Below, piece after piece: positions 1-9,527 of a DNA stretch of 64,000 nt. The DNA is from Bacillota bacterium (GTDB lineage: Bacteria; Bacillota; Ch66; Ch109), in assembly GCA_050952625.1 (NCBI GenBank), contig JBMNLH010000007.1, forward strand, positions 85,165 to 149,164, written 5' to 3'. A program made the translations under genes and the position numbers. Position 1 is the first letter of the stretch, and the number at the start of each line of letters is the position of its first letter. Under the pieces are notes generated by a model that saw nothing but the letters and a program-made list of their open reading frames with translations, had not been told where the DNA came from and searched no databases.

Positions 1-370
1 TGATAAGCTGGGCCGCACTCAGAATCTGTTCACGGTTTTCCACCGCGCAAGGGCCAGCCACCACCACAATTTCCTCGCCACCGACTGGGATTCCCTCAGA
101 TTCCTGGTTCCTACCCACCCAAACTACTGTATCTTCGGGCTTGAACTCCCGACTGACTAGTTTGAAAGGATGACGGACCGGTAATATCTTTTCCACGGCG
201 GGCATGGTCTCCAAGCTCTCCTTCCCATTGAGCTTACCCTGCCCGACCGCCCCAATTACCAGTCGCTCCACCCCGCGGATTAGATGATGCTGATAACCCA
301 TTTTCTCCAAACGTTGACACACCGCCGTCAATTGCTCTTCACTGGCCTCTAACTTCATCACAATGATCAC
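1..370 (-). CDS. aroF: DAHP synthase type I-beta (5' part; runs off the window edge)
   Basis: Not in the ORF track. Manual translation from GTG at 370: MIIVMKLEASEEQLTAVCQRLEKMGYQHHLIRGVERLVIGAVG...PFKLVSREFKPEDTVV...VVVAGPCAVENREQI. AAAGGAG RBS upstream. Confidence 0.93.
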   Translation of the reverse strand, partial: MIIVMKLEASEEQLTAVCQRLEKMGYQHHLIRGVERLVIGAVGQGKLNGKESLETMPAVEKILPVRHPFKLVSREFKPEDTVVWVGRNQESEGIPVGGEEIVVVAGPCAVENREQILSAAQLI

Positions 371-421
371 TTTTCTCACTCCTTTAAATTATTTGGGGTC
401 GGGCGATTATTTTAGGCTTGC

Positions 422-516
422 CTTTCCAATCCACTATAGTGAAAAAGAGACATTGAACATTGGTATACTGCGAAGCTGCGTGCAGGGCTTTCCAATCACT
501 ATAGTGAAAAAGCAAC
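422..516 (-). CRISPR. Putative orphan CRISPR mini-array (2 repeats, 1 spacer)
   Basis: Repeats at 422-451 (minus strand GTCTCTTTTTCACTATAGTGGATTGGAAAG) and 488-516 (GTTGCTTTTTCACTATAGTGATTGGAAAG) flank a 36-nt spacer. GAAAG 3' end. No cas genes in the window. Confidence 0.5.
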
Positions 517-596
517 CGACTAAAAGAAGACAAATGTTGGTAATGTCCCGGTCGCCAATTTAACTAGCCAAAAGGAAAAGCACATTAGATTTAGAA

Positions 597-672
597 ACAA
601 AAAAGTCCGCAACCATCATCCTTCAACAAAGGACGAAAGTAACGGACTTCCGTGGTACCACCTTACTTGATT
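597..672 (-). promoter_or_regulatory. Second T-box antiterminator/terminator module
   Basis: AAGGTGGTACCACGG at 664-650 followed by hairpin AAGTCCG...CGGACTTTTTT. Confidence 0.75.
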
Positions 673-712
673 GCCGATAAATAAGTTAACCTTGATTGAG
701 GTTGTTCCGCCA

Positions 713-1032
713 AATAAAAAAAGCTTCTCCGTCCTGGGGACGAGAAACTTTGTCTCCGTGGTACCACCCCAATAAGTCACCTTTCCCGGCAACCCACTCT
801 ACCCGGTACGGAATGAGTAGAACCATTAGCTTGCCTCATTCGATACCTGCTTCCTTTTAACGGTGGAAGTCTCCGGGGAGATCTACTTTCCGAACTGGAT
901 TCAATCACCAGATCGGTTTCAATCACCAGCTCAAGAGGGAACTTCAAATAGGTCGGCAATAGAACTGCTTCCAGTCTGCGACAGTTCCTCCCTGCAATGC
1001 CTTACTATCCTACTTTCCTCTATCATGGCCAT
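713..1032 (-). promoter_or_regulatory. T-box riboswitch leader, probable Phe (UUC) specifier
   Basis: Stem I-like GCCATGATAGAGGAAAGTAG...GAAGTTCCCTCT with TTC at 941-939. T-box GGGTGGTACCACGG near 769-756. Terminator with U-run at 753-713. Lies upstream of aroF. Confidence 0.88.
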
Positions 1033-1131
1033 TATCATTATTTTGGTTGCTTAAGTATAGCATTCCTTTTCGGGTAATGCAATATGTATTACTCAATTGA
1101 ATAACATTAAATTTTTTATAATTGACTAAAA

Positions 1132-1965
1132 TTAATGATCTTCCAGACGCGGTTTAATCCCTAACAGCGAGGCAGCGTTTAACCCTAAAATCTTGTCTTT
1201 GGTCTCTGGTTTTAAATTTAATTTCCTAATTTCATTTATGGTATAGGTAAAACCTGGCCCGGCCGGCCAATCGGTGCCAAACAGAATTTTGTCGGCATTT
1301 TTTTCGAGGTTTGGAAAATAGGTTAACAGATTCCGCGGCGGCAGGCCGGTTATTTCCATATATACATTGGGATGAAAACTAGCTAGGAAAAAACAGGCAT
1401 CATACCAGAAGCCCCGGCCGCTGTGGGCCATAATAATCTTAGTATTTTTAAAGTCTCGTGCTACGTCATCAAGGTAAATCGGGTCCCCGTACTTCAGCCG
1501 AGTTTCCGGAAAGATGGAAGAGCCAATGTGGTACATCATAGGCAGATTTAACTCCTGAGCCGCATCATAAAAAGGATACAGCTTATTTTCATTGGGGTAG
1601 AAATGGTGATAGGTTGGTAAAAACTTTAGACCTCGGTACCCCTGTTTGACCCTTTTTTCGATTTCCCGAGCCGGGTAAGCTACCAGATGGGGATTTAGAT
1701 TGGCATAAGGGATAAAACGGTCGCTTACTGAACAAAAGTCAGCCGCCCAGTCTAAAGCAAAGTAATCGACCACAATCACTGCATAATCTAACCCGGCCTC
1801 ATCCATAAGCTGCAAAAGAAGATCCGGCTCTATCTCCCCGTTGCTTCCTTTGGTCCGGTCAAGTCCATTTTGTTCACTAAACGTTGCGACCAGATCCAAT
1901 ACCCAGGGCATATATTCTTGCCAATGCTTTAATCCACCGATGTGCACATGAAAGTCGATAAGCAT
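1132..1965 (-). CDS. Amidohydrolase_2 family metal-dependent hydrolase
   Basis: IDFHVH, GLKF, YHIG, IMAHSG and LFGTDWP motifs. Confidence 0.9.
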   Translation of the reverse strand: MLIDFHVHIGGLKHWQEYMPWVLDLVATFSEQNGLDRTKGSNGEIEPDLLLQLMDEAGLDYAVIVVDYFALDWAADFCSVSDRFIPYANLNPHLVAYPAREIEKRVKQGYRGLKFLPTYHHFYPNENKLYPFYDAAQELNLPMMYHIGSSIFPETRLKYGDPIYLDDVARDFKNTKIIMAHSGRGFWYDACFFLASFHPNVYMEITGLPPRNLLTYFPNLEKNADKILFGTDWPAGPGFTYTINEIRKLNLKPETKDKILGLNAASLLGIKPRLEDH

Positions 1966-2340
1966 TTTTGCTCCTTGTAAAATTACACCTATTCAAGAAA
2001 TCTTCGTAACAATATATGTAGGTAATTAAATCATTGAGAGTTTTCTAAGGACTTTCCAATATATACATTATATTCCTTAAAACAGCCATAATCAAGAAAA
2101 GAACGCCAAAATTCAAATCGGCGCTTCTTTCCCTTGTTTATGAAATATCACCTTTAACATTTAGTCCCACAAAATAGTTCAACTGAAACATCTATCTACT
2201 GGCCACTTTGTATATAGGTCAGCCTCTTTCCAATTTTAAAATTTTATGGAATTAAGCCGGGCTATTAATCTTTGGCTCTTATAATCCTGATTATGCTGTA
2301 ATATGACTGAAATTTTTGAAATATCGTTGTAAAAACCTGG

Positions 2341-2390
2341 TTGACTTTTGACCCTTAGCTGAAATATAATTAAACTGAACGTACGTACAC
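2341..2390 (+). promoter_or_regulatory. Sigma-A promoter and probable TetR operator
   Basis: TTGACT-N18-TATAAT followed by imperfect palindrome TGAACGTACGTACA before the RBS. Confidence 0.6.
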
Positions 2391-2406
2391 TCGGAGGTAT
2401 TAGCCA

Positions 2407-3009
2407 ATGCCTTTACCTGAATTAAAACAAAACAAAGAAAAAAGACAAAGACTCTTAGAGTGTGCCCTAGAACTTTTCGTTGAACAGGGGTACTTTAATA
2501 CACCGGTCCGTCAAATCATTGCCAGGTCCGGATTTGGTACCGGTACCTTTTATAACTACTTCACTAATAAGGAAGATATTTTGAAGGCGTTGCTAGAACA
2601 GTTCGCGCACGAGATTATTTCCAGCGTCAAGAACTATTACACTGTTGAAAAAGATTTAGGCAAGCGCTTTATCGAAACTAAGCGGTTAAATATGGAGGTC
2701 TTCATTCAAAATAGAAAATTGACCGAAATATACTGTCGAGTAGCCGGAGTCAGCGAGGTGATTGATGCCAGCTTAAAAGAATTCGAGGATAAGCTGATCG
2801 AGTTTTTTAGGAAAAATATTGAGTATGGCATTAAGAAGGGTGCTTTTAATGATGTTCCAGCGACTCCGGTTGCCTATGGTATCCTGGCGATCGAAAAACA
2901 ACTTTTATATAAATGGATAGTTTTGAAGGATATAACCGCTGAAGAGATGATCGAAATGGTCATATCTTATCACGAAACGTTGGCTGAAGGTCTGCTTAAA
3001 AAACACTGA
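2407..3009 (+). CDS. TetR/AcrR family regulator
   Basis: ALELFVEQGYFNTPVRQI...GTGTFYNYFTNKEDI HTH. Confidence 0.92.
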   Translation: MPLPELKQNKEKRQRLLECALELFVEQGYFNTPVRQIIARSGFGTGTFYNYFTNKEDILKALLEQFAHEIISSVKNYYTVEKDLGKRFIETKRLNMEVFIQNRKLTEIYCRVAGVSEVIDASLKEFEDKLIEFFRKNIEYGIKKGAFNDVPATPVAYGILAIEKQLLYKWIVLKDITAEEMIEMVISYHETLAEGLLKKH

Positions 3010-3140
3010 ACTCGTTTAGCTGCGCTGAACATCGGGGCTACTGAGACTTTACTCCACCTGAAGTTTAAACACTGAAGTTTAAACACTGAAGTTTAAACAA
3101 GGTAATCCCCACTTATGAAGGGGGAGTCCTGTGATTCAGT
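3010..3140 (+). repeat. Dispersed palindromic element family A, copy 1, with internal 3x14-bp tandem repeat
   Basis: CGTTTAGCTGCGCTGAACATCGGGGCT...CTCCACCTGAAG...CCCCACTTATGAAGGGGG; (CTGAAGTTTAAACA)x3 at 3058-3099. Confidence 0.8.
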
Positions 3141-3372
3141 GCAATTATGTCTTAGGACCACTTACTACTTCTAGGGGGTGAGAGTCTATAAATTTGTCAA
3201 GTCATAATCTGCCTTCAACAAGGTAGTCATATTTATTAATCCGGTTTAAACCAAGCGCAATGAAGATTTGGAGGCTAACAGGGTGTCTAAACACCCCGCG
3301 GGGAATTGATATATGGATTTTGTCTTTTGACTATTAAATTAAACCACCTATTTTAAATTTCTTAAGAGTGAG

Positions 3373-3903
3373 GTGTTCTTTTTGCAGAAGCTGAATCCCG
3401 ACCACGTTAAGGCTGTATTGGACCTGATCAACCGAGGGCCATACTTTAGGCTCCTAGCGATGGAGGTCCGAGAGATGGGAATAGGCTTTTCGAAGGTTGT
3501 GGTTGACCTCGAAGACAAACACCTTAATCCATTTGGCGGAATTCACGGCGGGGTTTACTCCTCATTGATTGATACGGCTGCTTATTGGGCGGTTTATTGC
3601 GAAGTTGAAGAAAATGCTGGACTGATCTCGCTTGATCTAAGGGTCGATAATTTAGCACCAGTAAAAGACGGGCGTCTGGTGGTAGAAGGAAAACGGATTA
3701 AAACCGGAAGAAATATTTGTATTGCCGAAGCAGAAATAGTCAATGATCAGGGTAAACGTCTGGCGTATGGGATATCTAAACAGATGGTTGTGCCAGGGCT
3801 GCAAACCATCGCTCAAGCAGTGGCCGCGATGGGATATGAACCGATCCCACCCAAATTCATTTATGAACCCACTTTGGAGCTTAAGCAATCAGTCCAAATG
3901 TAA
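3373..3903 (+). CDS. PaaI family thioesterase
   Basis: HLNPFGGIHGGVYSSLIDTA hotdog-fold motif. Confidence 0.9.
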   Translation: MFFLQKLNPDHVKAVLDLINRGPYFRLLAMEVREMGIGFSKVVVDLEDKHLNPFGGIHGGVYSSLIDTAAYWAVYCEVEENAGLISLDLRVDNLAPVKDGRLVVEGKRIKTGRNICIAEAEIVNDQGKRLAYGISKQMVVPGLQTIAQAVAAMGYEPIPPKFIYEPTLELKQSVQM

Positions 3904-3934
3904 TTTGTAATTTAGGAAAGGAACATGCACGATT

Positions 3935-4765
3935 ATGAAAAAGGTGCTCGGATTGGTCATCTCCCAGAGAAAACTGGGCAACAGCGAACTATTAGTTAAA
4001 GAGATTATGAGCAATATCCCTGAAGAATGCCACCTAGAATTAATCCGGCTGACTGACTTAAAAATCGAGCCATGTAAAGCATGTTATCGCTGCCTGCAAC
4101 CGGACACCGCTTGCCCGACAAAAGATGATTTTAATTATGTAATGAATAAAATTAAAGCGGCGGACGCACTAATTATTGGAATGCCTGTCTATATCCTAGG
4201 GCCACACGGCTACTATAAGATGCTGACCGACCGTTTAGTGGGAGCAGAGAACTACTCCAAATATACGGCCGGTAAACCCTGCGTCATTGTTATCCCCTAC
4301 GGAACAAAGGGGTGGCAAGGATACAGCAAGACTGCCGCTCTGGCCATGCCAAGATTCCTGAAAATGAAACTCATCGACTGTTGGCAGGTTCACGCTACCT
4401 TACCGGCGGAATCACTGTTGAACCCGGATAACCTGGAGTATGCGCGTACCTTGGGTCGCGACCTTTTTGGCAATCGGGAATACCCATATGGCCGCCGAGA
4501 GTGTATTTACTGCGGGTCTGACTTATTCCGACTGCTGCCGGAACGAAAAGTGGAATGCCCTCTCTGCGGAGCCCAAGGGATTCTTGACAGCGACAACCTC
4601 CCCGATTTTTCCATCACAGATTACTGCCGTTTTGCCAACAGAGAGATGGAAGAACATTTTAAAGTATGGTTGGTAGAAATGAAACAGAAGTTTTTAGCGG
4701 AAAAGGATAGTCTAAAAGAGGTTCAGAAAGGCTACGGGGAAAAAGACTGGTGGATTAAACCCTAA
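3935..4765 (+). CDS. Flavodoxin-like iron-sulfur flavoprotein / NADPH-dependent FMN reductase family
   Basis: SQRKLGNS, CKACYRC..C..KDD, ADALIIGMPVY; C-terminal CxxC...CxxC. Confidence 0.85.
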   Translation: MKKVLGLVISQRKLGNSELLVKEIMSNIPEECHLELIRLTDLKIEPCKACYRCLQPDTACPTKDDFNYVMNKIKAADALIIGMPVYILGPHGYYKMLTDRLVGAENYSKYTAGKPCVIVIPYGTKGWQGYSKTAALAMPRFLKMKLIDCWQVHATLPAESLLNPDNLEYARTLGRDLFGNREYPYGRRECIYCGSDLFRLLPERKVECPLCGAQGILDSDNLPDFSITDYCRFANREMEEHFKVWLVEMKQKFLAEKDSLKEVQKGYGEKDWWIKP

Positions 4766-4821
4766 TATAAACTGGTTTTAATGGAATTTCAAAGGCAGAG
4801 TACTGGAAATATTTTTCTTGC

Positions 4822-4918
4822 ATAATCAGATAGTATAAGTGGTGCTTTCTGATTATCAGTAAGTGGTGCAACTAGGCTTCCGCCTGCGCCAAAGGCTTGG
4901 CGTAACTGAGTTTTCTTT
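4822..4918 (-). repeat. Dispersed repeat family B, copy 1
   Basis: Reverse-complement match to 33046-33141. Confidence 0.75.
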
Positions 4919-5054
4919 AACTAGCTTGATAAAAGGCTAAATGCACCTCCATTATATATAGCCCCCTTAGGGGGGCATATTTTACATTCCACTAGCACTA
5001 TATCTACCCGATGTTTTCACCTAAGCGATTTGAGATTTTGTCTGAATGAAAAAC

Positions 5055-5156
5055 TCCCGCTCCACTCCTATAAGTGGGGTACCCTGTTTAAACTTCAATT
5101 GGAGTAGAGTCTTTCATCTGAAGCCTCGATGTTCAGCAAAACTGAACGAGTACACT
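5055..5156 (-). repeat. Dispersed palindromic element family A, copy 2
   Basis: CCACTCCTATAAGTGGGG...TTTAAACTTCA...GGAGTAGAGTC...GATGTTCAGCAAAACTGAACGAG. Confidence 0.8.
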
Positions 5157-5177
5157 TGGAAATATCTAGGTATTAGG

Positions 5178-5230
5178 TTGACTATAAAGTTTCTAGATTT
5201 TATAATATTAATTAATCGACCGTTTAATTA
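5178..5230 (+). promoter_or_regulatory. Sigma-A promoter with probable TetR operator
   Basis: TTGACT-N17-TATAAT (5178-5206), then TAATTAATCGACCGTTTAATTA. Confidence 0.65.
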
Positions 5231-5277
5231 GTTGTATATCTACTATTTTTGTCTGTGTGCACCCTGTTCTCTTTATG

Positions 5278-5307
5278 AAGCTCGCCGTAAGTTTGGCGGG
5301 CTTTTTT
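5278..5307 (+). terminator. Intrinsic terminator in the leader of the second PaaI gene
   Basis: AAGCTCGCC-GTAAGTTT-GGCGGGCTTTTTT. Confidence 0.65.
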
Positions 5308-5382
5308 AAAGCAAATTCATACTTTCACTTTTTATAATAATCAACTGCTTTCCGTCTAGAAAATTCCAAGGGAGGATAAATT

Positions 5383-5835
5383 ATGAATGAATACCAAGTT
5401 GAAAATAAGGGTCTTGATGAAAAACTTTTTAATACAATATTAAAAACCATCCTCGATATGCCCGCCTTACAGAACATGCAAATAATCCCGAAGTATTTGG
5501 CCCCTGGTAAAGCGGGATTTGAAATGACTGTTGACCCGGCGTATTCCAACTCTAGAGGCACCGCCCACGGGGGATTGATTGCCGCCCTGGTTGATACAAC
5601 CATGGGATATGCGGGTATCTGTTTAGATCTAATGTTAGTAACATTAGAAATGAATCTAAATTATTTTGCCTCCGTTAATGTGGGAGAAAAGATTTTTGCC
5701 GATGGTGAAGTAATTCATGCAGGTAGGACAACAGTGGTAGCAGAAGCCAGGGTATATGATAGCAAGAATAAACTCGTGACCAAAAGTCGAGGAACCTATT
5801 TTCCGGTTGGTAAAATGTCCGAGATCCAAGATTAA
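5383..5835 (+). CDS. PaaI family thioesterase
   Basis: NSRGTAHGGLIAALVDTTMG. Confidence 0.9.
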   Translation: MNEYQVENKGLDEKLFNTILKTILDMPALQNMQIIPKYLAPGKAGFEMTVDPAYSNSRGTAHGGLIAALVDTTMGYAGICLDLMLVTLEMNLNYFASVNVGEKIFADGEVIHAGRTTVVAEARVYDSKNKLVTKSRGTYFPVGKMSEIQD

Positions 5836-6446
5836 CTTGTTTCTCGGACAGACAACATACCCTGCAATAGAATGTCTAGCGTCTTCTCCGCCAGCTTCTC
5901 ATCATATTTATTTTGGTAGTCTGCCATTCCGGGAAACCGGCTGGTTATAGGAGAAGACATGAAATACCAGAGAATCATCCCTCGGATACTGATGGTAACC
6001 AATCGGGTATCGATTGGCCGAAAAACTCCAGTTTTAACACCTTTGCTCAGTATCCGCTCAATCATAATGAAATGTTTTGCCCAATAACGCTCCACCAGTA
6101 AATCCATATCGGTGTCCTTAAAAAAAATGGCCTGAAAGACTAGTTGAGCGGTCTTATTTCTTCGCCGCAGGAAATTGGTGTATTCGTAGACGTATCTTTT
6201 AAGATTGGCGACGGGGTCCCTCTCTTCTTGAATTGCCGACTCAAGTATTTCGCTCAACTCACTCAGCAACTTCTCGATGATCGCCTGGTAAAGGCCTTGT
6301 TTATTCCTGAAGTAGTAATAGATCATGGCACTGTTCACTTGAGCCCCATCCGCTATCTCCCTAATCGAGACAGCATCAAACCCTCTATCCGCGAAGAGCG
6401 TTTCCGCAGTCTCGATGATCCTTTCCTTGGGGTCCGACCTTTTTAT
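5832..6446 (-). CDS. TetR/AcrR family regulator, probable non-canonical ATA start
   Basis: The frame stays open upstream of the GTG at 6338 and encodes the HTH start KERIIETAETLFADRGFDAVSIREIADGAQVNSAMIYYYF. GGAGG lies 7 nt before ATA at 6446. No in-frame ATG/GTG/TTG further upstream. Confidence 0.8.
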   Translation of the reverse strand: MKRSDPKERIIETAETLFADRGFDAVSIREIADGAQVNSAMIYYYFRNKQGLYQAIIEKLLSELSEILESAIQEERDPVANLKRYVYEYTNFLRRRNKTAQLVFQAIFFKDTDMDLLVERYWAKHFIMIERILSKGVKTGVFRPIDTRLVTISIRGMILWYFMSSPITSRFPGMADYQNKYDEKLAEKTLDILLQGMLSVRETS

Positions 6447-6611
6447 ACTAATTCCTCCAATCTTCTCTTTGTCTTTTTCAATTATCGCAGCCCATGTGTC
6501 TCCCTGTCAACATTAATGCTAACAATGTCGGAATTATAAATATTATTAAAAGTTATCAATCAATTGATCGACACTTTTTAACATTTTTGCTGGAAATATC
6601 TGAAATATCTG

Positions 6612-6640
6612 TTGACTATAATTAAAGAATATTCTATACT
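6612..6640 (+). promoter_or_regulatory. Sigma-A promoter upstream of the MCP gene
   Basis: TTGACT-N17-TATACT. Confidence 0.65.
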
Positions 6641-6726
6641 ATTATTAAACAGCCGATAAGTCTGACAAATTACTGTTTCTAATTCTTATGTTCCTATGGG
6701 AATTCATTGCGTCTGTTGGTTTATTC

Positions 6727-6760
6727 AATAAAGCCCGCCCTAAATTGGCGGGCTTTATTG
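6727..6760. terminator. Hairpin/terminator in the MCP leader
   Basis: AATAAAGCCCGCC-CTAAATT-GGCGGGCTTTATT. Confidence 0.65.
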
Positions 6761-6826
6761 AAATGACGTGACTAACTGTTATGTAAGATAACAAATGCTT
6801 TGTTACTTCTTAAGTTGCAAAAATGA

Positions 6827-7978
6827 ATGGAGGTAATAGTTATGAACGAAAAATTGAATTCCTTTCGTAGTTTGGCTGACTCAATGATTCAGGCCCACGA
6901 ACAAGGCTGTATATTTTTTACTACTGACCTAGCTAAGTATGACTTCGTCCAGAATCATAAACTAGATTTACCAGGAGTAAAACCCGGCGAACCGCTAATT
7001 AACCTAGGTAATATAGAAACTTGTATTAAAGAAAGGAGGACCCTAGTCGGAGAGATTGAACGCCATATTTATGGAAAACGGATGAAGATTTGGGTTTGGC
7101 CAGTTATAGAGAACAACGAAGTAATCGGGACATACGGAATAATGATACCGAAAGAACATCCGGTAATTCAGGCCTTCGACTACTTTGCAGAACCGCTGGC
7201 CAACTCTTTCCCTGAAGGCACAGTTATTCTGGCCACTGACAAGGAACAAATTATTAAAAAACAAGGCACGAAGAAATTTGACATTAAGGCTATTCAGGTT
7301 GGGACAAAGCTCCAAGAGCATGATGCCGCCCCCCGCTCCATGCGTTCCCGGTCCCAGGAAGTTTTAAATGTTGGAGCCAAGGCATTCGGCACTCCTTGTC
7401 AAATAGTCAGCAACCCCCTGATTGATGAGGAGTCTGGTGAAGTAGTAGGAGCTTTTGGTCTAATCTTCCCCCGTGCCCTAGCTGTAAAACTTAATGACTT
7501 AGCCACCCGATTAGGTGTCAGTACCCAGGAGATAGCTTCAGTTATGGAAGAGGTCGCCGCTTCTGCCAGCGAGATTTCGATGAATGAAGGGCAATTAAAT
7601 GAAAAGGTAAAAGAAGTAGCTAACATATCGGTCCAAATAAATGAAGTATTAGACTTTATTAAGAGCGTTGCTGACCAGACTAAAATGTTAGGCTTAAATG
7701 CGGCAATAGAAGCGGCCCGCGCCGGTGAACACGGCCGCGGGTTTGGCGTTGTGGCGGAAGAAATTCGCAAGCTTAGTGATCAGTCTAAGGAAACCGCCGA
7801 GAGCATCAGAAAACTCACTAAAGAGATTGAGGATAAGATGGAGGTAATCAGCGGTGCCTCGGGACTAACCCTGAAGCAAAGCCAAGAACAAGCAGCGGCC
7901 ACCGAAGAAGTAACTGCCTCGATAATGGAAATAGCCCAAATGGCCGAAAGCTTGGCCGAAACTGCCAAAACATTGTAA
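6827..7978 (+). CDS. Soluble methyl-accepting chemotaxis protein
   Basis: [33 protein letters not shown]; no obvious TM segment; start may be 6842. Confidence 0.92.
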   Translation: MEVIVMNEKLNSFRSLADSMIQAHEQGCIFFTTDLAKYDFVQNHKLDLPGVKPGEPLINLGNIETCIKERRTLVGEIERHIYGKRMKIWVWPVIENNEVIGTYGIMIPKEHPVIQAFDYFAEPLANSFPEGTVILATDKEQIIKKQGTKKFDIKAIQVGTKLQEHDAAPRSMRSRSQEVLNVGAKAFGTPCQIVSNPLIDEESGEVVGAFGLIFPRALAVKLNDLATRLGVSTQEIASVMEEVAASASEISMNEGQLNEKVKEVANISVQINEVLDFIKSVADQTKMLGLNAAIEAARAGEHGRGFGVVAEEIRKLSDQSKETAESIRKLTKEIEDKMEVISGASGLTLKQSQEQAAATEEVTASIMEIAQMAESLAETAKTL

Positions 7979-8420
7979 GCTTCTTCAACGGTGAACCGAT
8001 AAACGAAGCCTCTCCCGCCTGCTTTGCTATGAGGCGGGAACTCCCCGGTTTACAAACCGCAGCCACCGGTTGTTAAGAAACAACCTAACTCTAATAAAAA
8101 TTTCCATACCAAATATTTCCATTCCACAGACGAACAGGACCACCTGCACGATCTTCCCTTACTAAAGCCGTCTGTTAAAGCCCAGGCATCTATATGTTCT
8201 GGGCTAAGGGTTTGTTCGCCGCTCCTTACTCACCTCCAAGTTGCAAGTGTTCCGATAAGCCCCACACTTTCTTAATGTTTCATAAAGGCAACAAACCCTT
8301 TGTTCCTTCCCCTCGATTCCCGCGACATAAAGAAACCACTCTCGATAATAGAGTGGCTTCTTCTCATTTTTTCAGTCCAAGGCCAAAAGTTCAACCAGTT
8401 TCTCGGTTTCCGGCCAGACT

Positions 8421-9269
8421 TCACTGCGCTCCCTTGATCTCCCCGATATCCAGACTTATATCCAGGGCTTTGACCGAATGAGTAAGCGCGCCTACAGAGA
8501 TTAAATCTACGCCGGTCGCGGCCACTTCAGCTACGTTCTCTTCGGTAATTCCCCCCGAGGCCTCCAGCAAAGCTCTTCCCCCGGTTAATTCCACTGCCTG
8601 CCGCAATAAAGCTGGTGCCATATTATCCAGGAGGACAATATCTACCTTTGCTTCTAAAGCTTCCTGAAGTTGGGCTAGGTCCTCCACTTCCACCTCAATT
8701 TTCATCGTGTGGGGAATCTGTCGACGGACCCGCTTCACCGCCGCTTGGATGCTGCCGGCGACTTTGATATGGTTATCTTTGATCAGCACGGCATCGTATA
8801 GGCCAAACCGGTGGTTGCTTCCGCCGCCCATCCGTACCGCATACTTTTCCAGAACACGCAACCCCGGGGTAGTCTTACGAGTATCCACTATTTTCGCTTT
8901 GTAATCCTTGACCCTTTCGACATAACGCTGGGTTTGACTGGCGATACCCGATAACCGTTGAAGAAAATTTAAGGCCACCCTTTCTCCAGATAAAATAACG
9001 CCGGCCGGGCCGAAAACCTCAGCAATCAAGTCCCCCGCGCGGATGGGTTGACCGTCATTTTTCAGAGCAACAAAAGTAACCTGAGGGTTAAGCTGCTGAA
9101 AAACTAGCCGCGCCACCTCGATTCCGGCTAACACTCCAGAACTCTTGCTGTATAGCAAACCACGGGCCAGCTCCCCGGCCGGCACAATACTGTCAGTAGT
9201 GATGTCACCGGTTCCCAAATCTTCCTGCAATGCCCGACTAACAATTTCCTTGATTACTTCGTGATTCAT
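8421..9269 (-). CDS. nadC: Nicotinate-nucleotide pyrophosphorylase
   Basis: DTRKTTPGLR, NHRFGLYDAVLIKDNH, EASGG. Confidence 0.97.
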   Translation of the reverse strand: MNHEVIKEIVSRALQEDLGTGDITTDSIVPAGELARGLLYSKSSGVLAGIEVARLVFQQLNPQVTFVALKNDGQPIRAGDLIAEVFGPAGVILSGERVALNFLQRLSGIASQTQRYVERVKDYKAKIVDTRKTTPGLRVLEKYAVRMGGGSNHRFGLYDAVLIKDNHIKVAGSIQAAVKRVRRQIPHTMKIEVEVEDLAQLQEALEAKVDIVLLDNMAPALLRQAVELTGGRALLEASGGITEENVAEVAATGVDLISVGALTHSVKALDISLDIGEIKGAQ

Positions 9270-9354
9270 CGCTGTTCGTTAACTCCTTAAGTAAACTCGT
9301 TCGTCAGGAGAGTGTCTGAAGTCATTCAAGCAGTATAAATTCGTTAGCTCCTTA

Positions 9355-9432
9355 AGTGAACACGTTCAGCTTTATTGAACACTGAGCTTCAGATAGAGAA
9401 CAGAGACCCTAGTAGGGAGTCTTTTGATTAAG
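9355..9432 (+). repeat. Family A element, internally deleted copy 3
   Basis: CGTTCAGCTTTATTGAACACTGAGCTTCAGAT...GGGAGTCTTTTGATT. Confidence 0.65.
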
Positions 9433-9527
9433 ATCAAAATGAATTGTACTATAAATCGTGTGACGAAAGGCGTGAAGCGTGTTGGTGGAATGGGAAACAG
9501 GAAAACCAGAACTATGAGTTTGGCTGA

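Noticed and set aside
363-1054. Small ORFs 363-563, 777-959 and 863-1054
   Set aside because: They overlap the T-box leader and show no protein-like features
3058-3099. 3x14-bp repeat as CRISPR or iteron
   Set aside because: No spacers; it is a tandem slip inside a family A element
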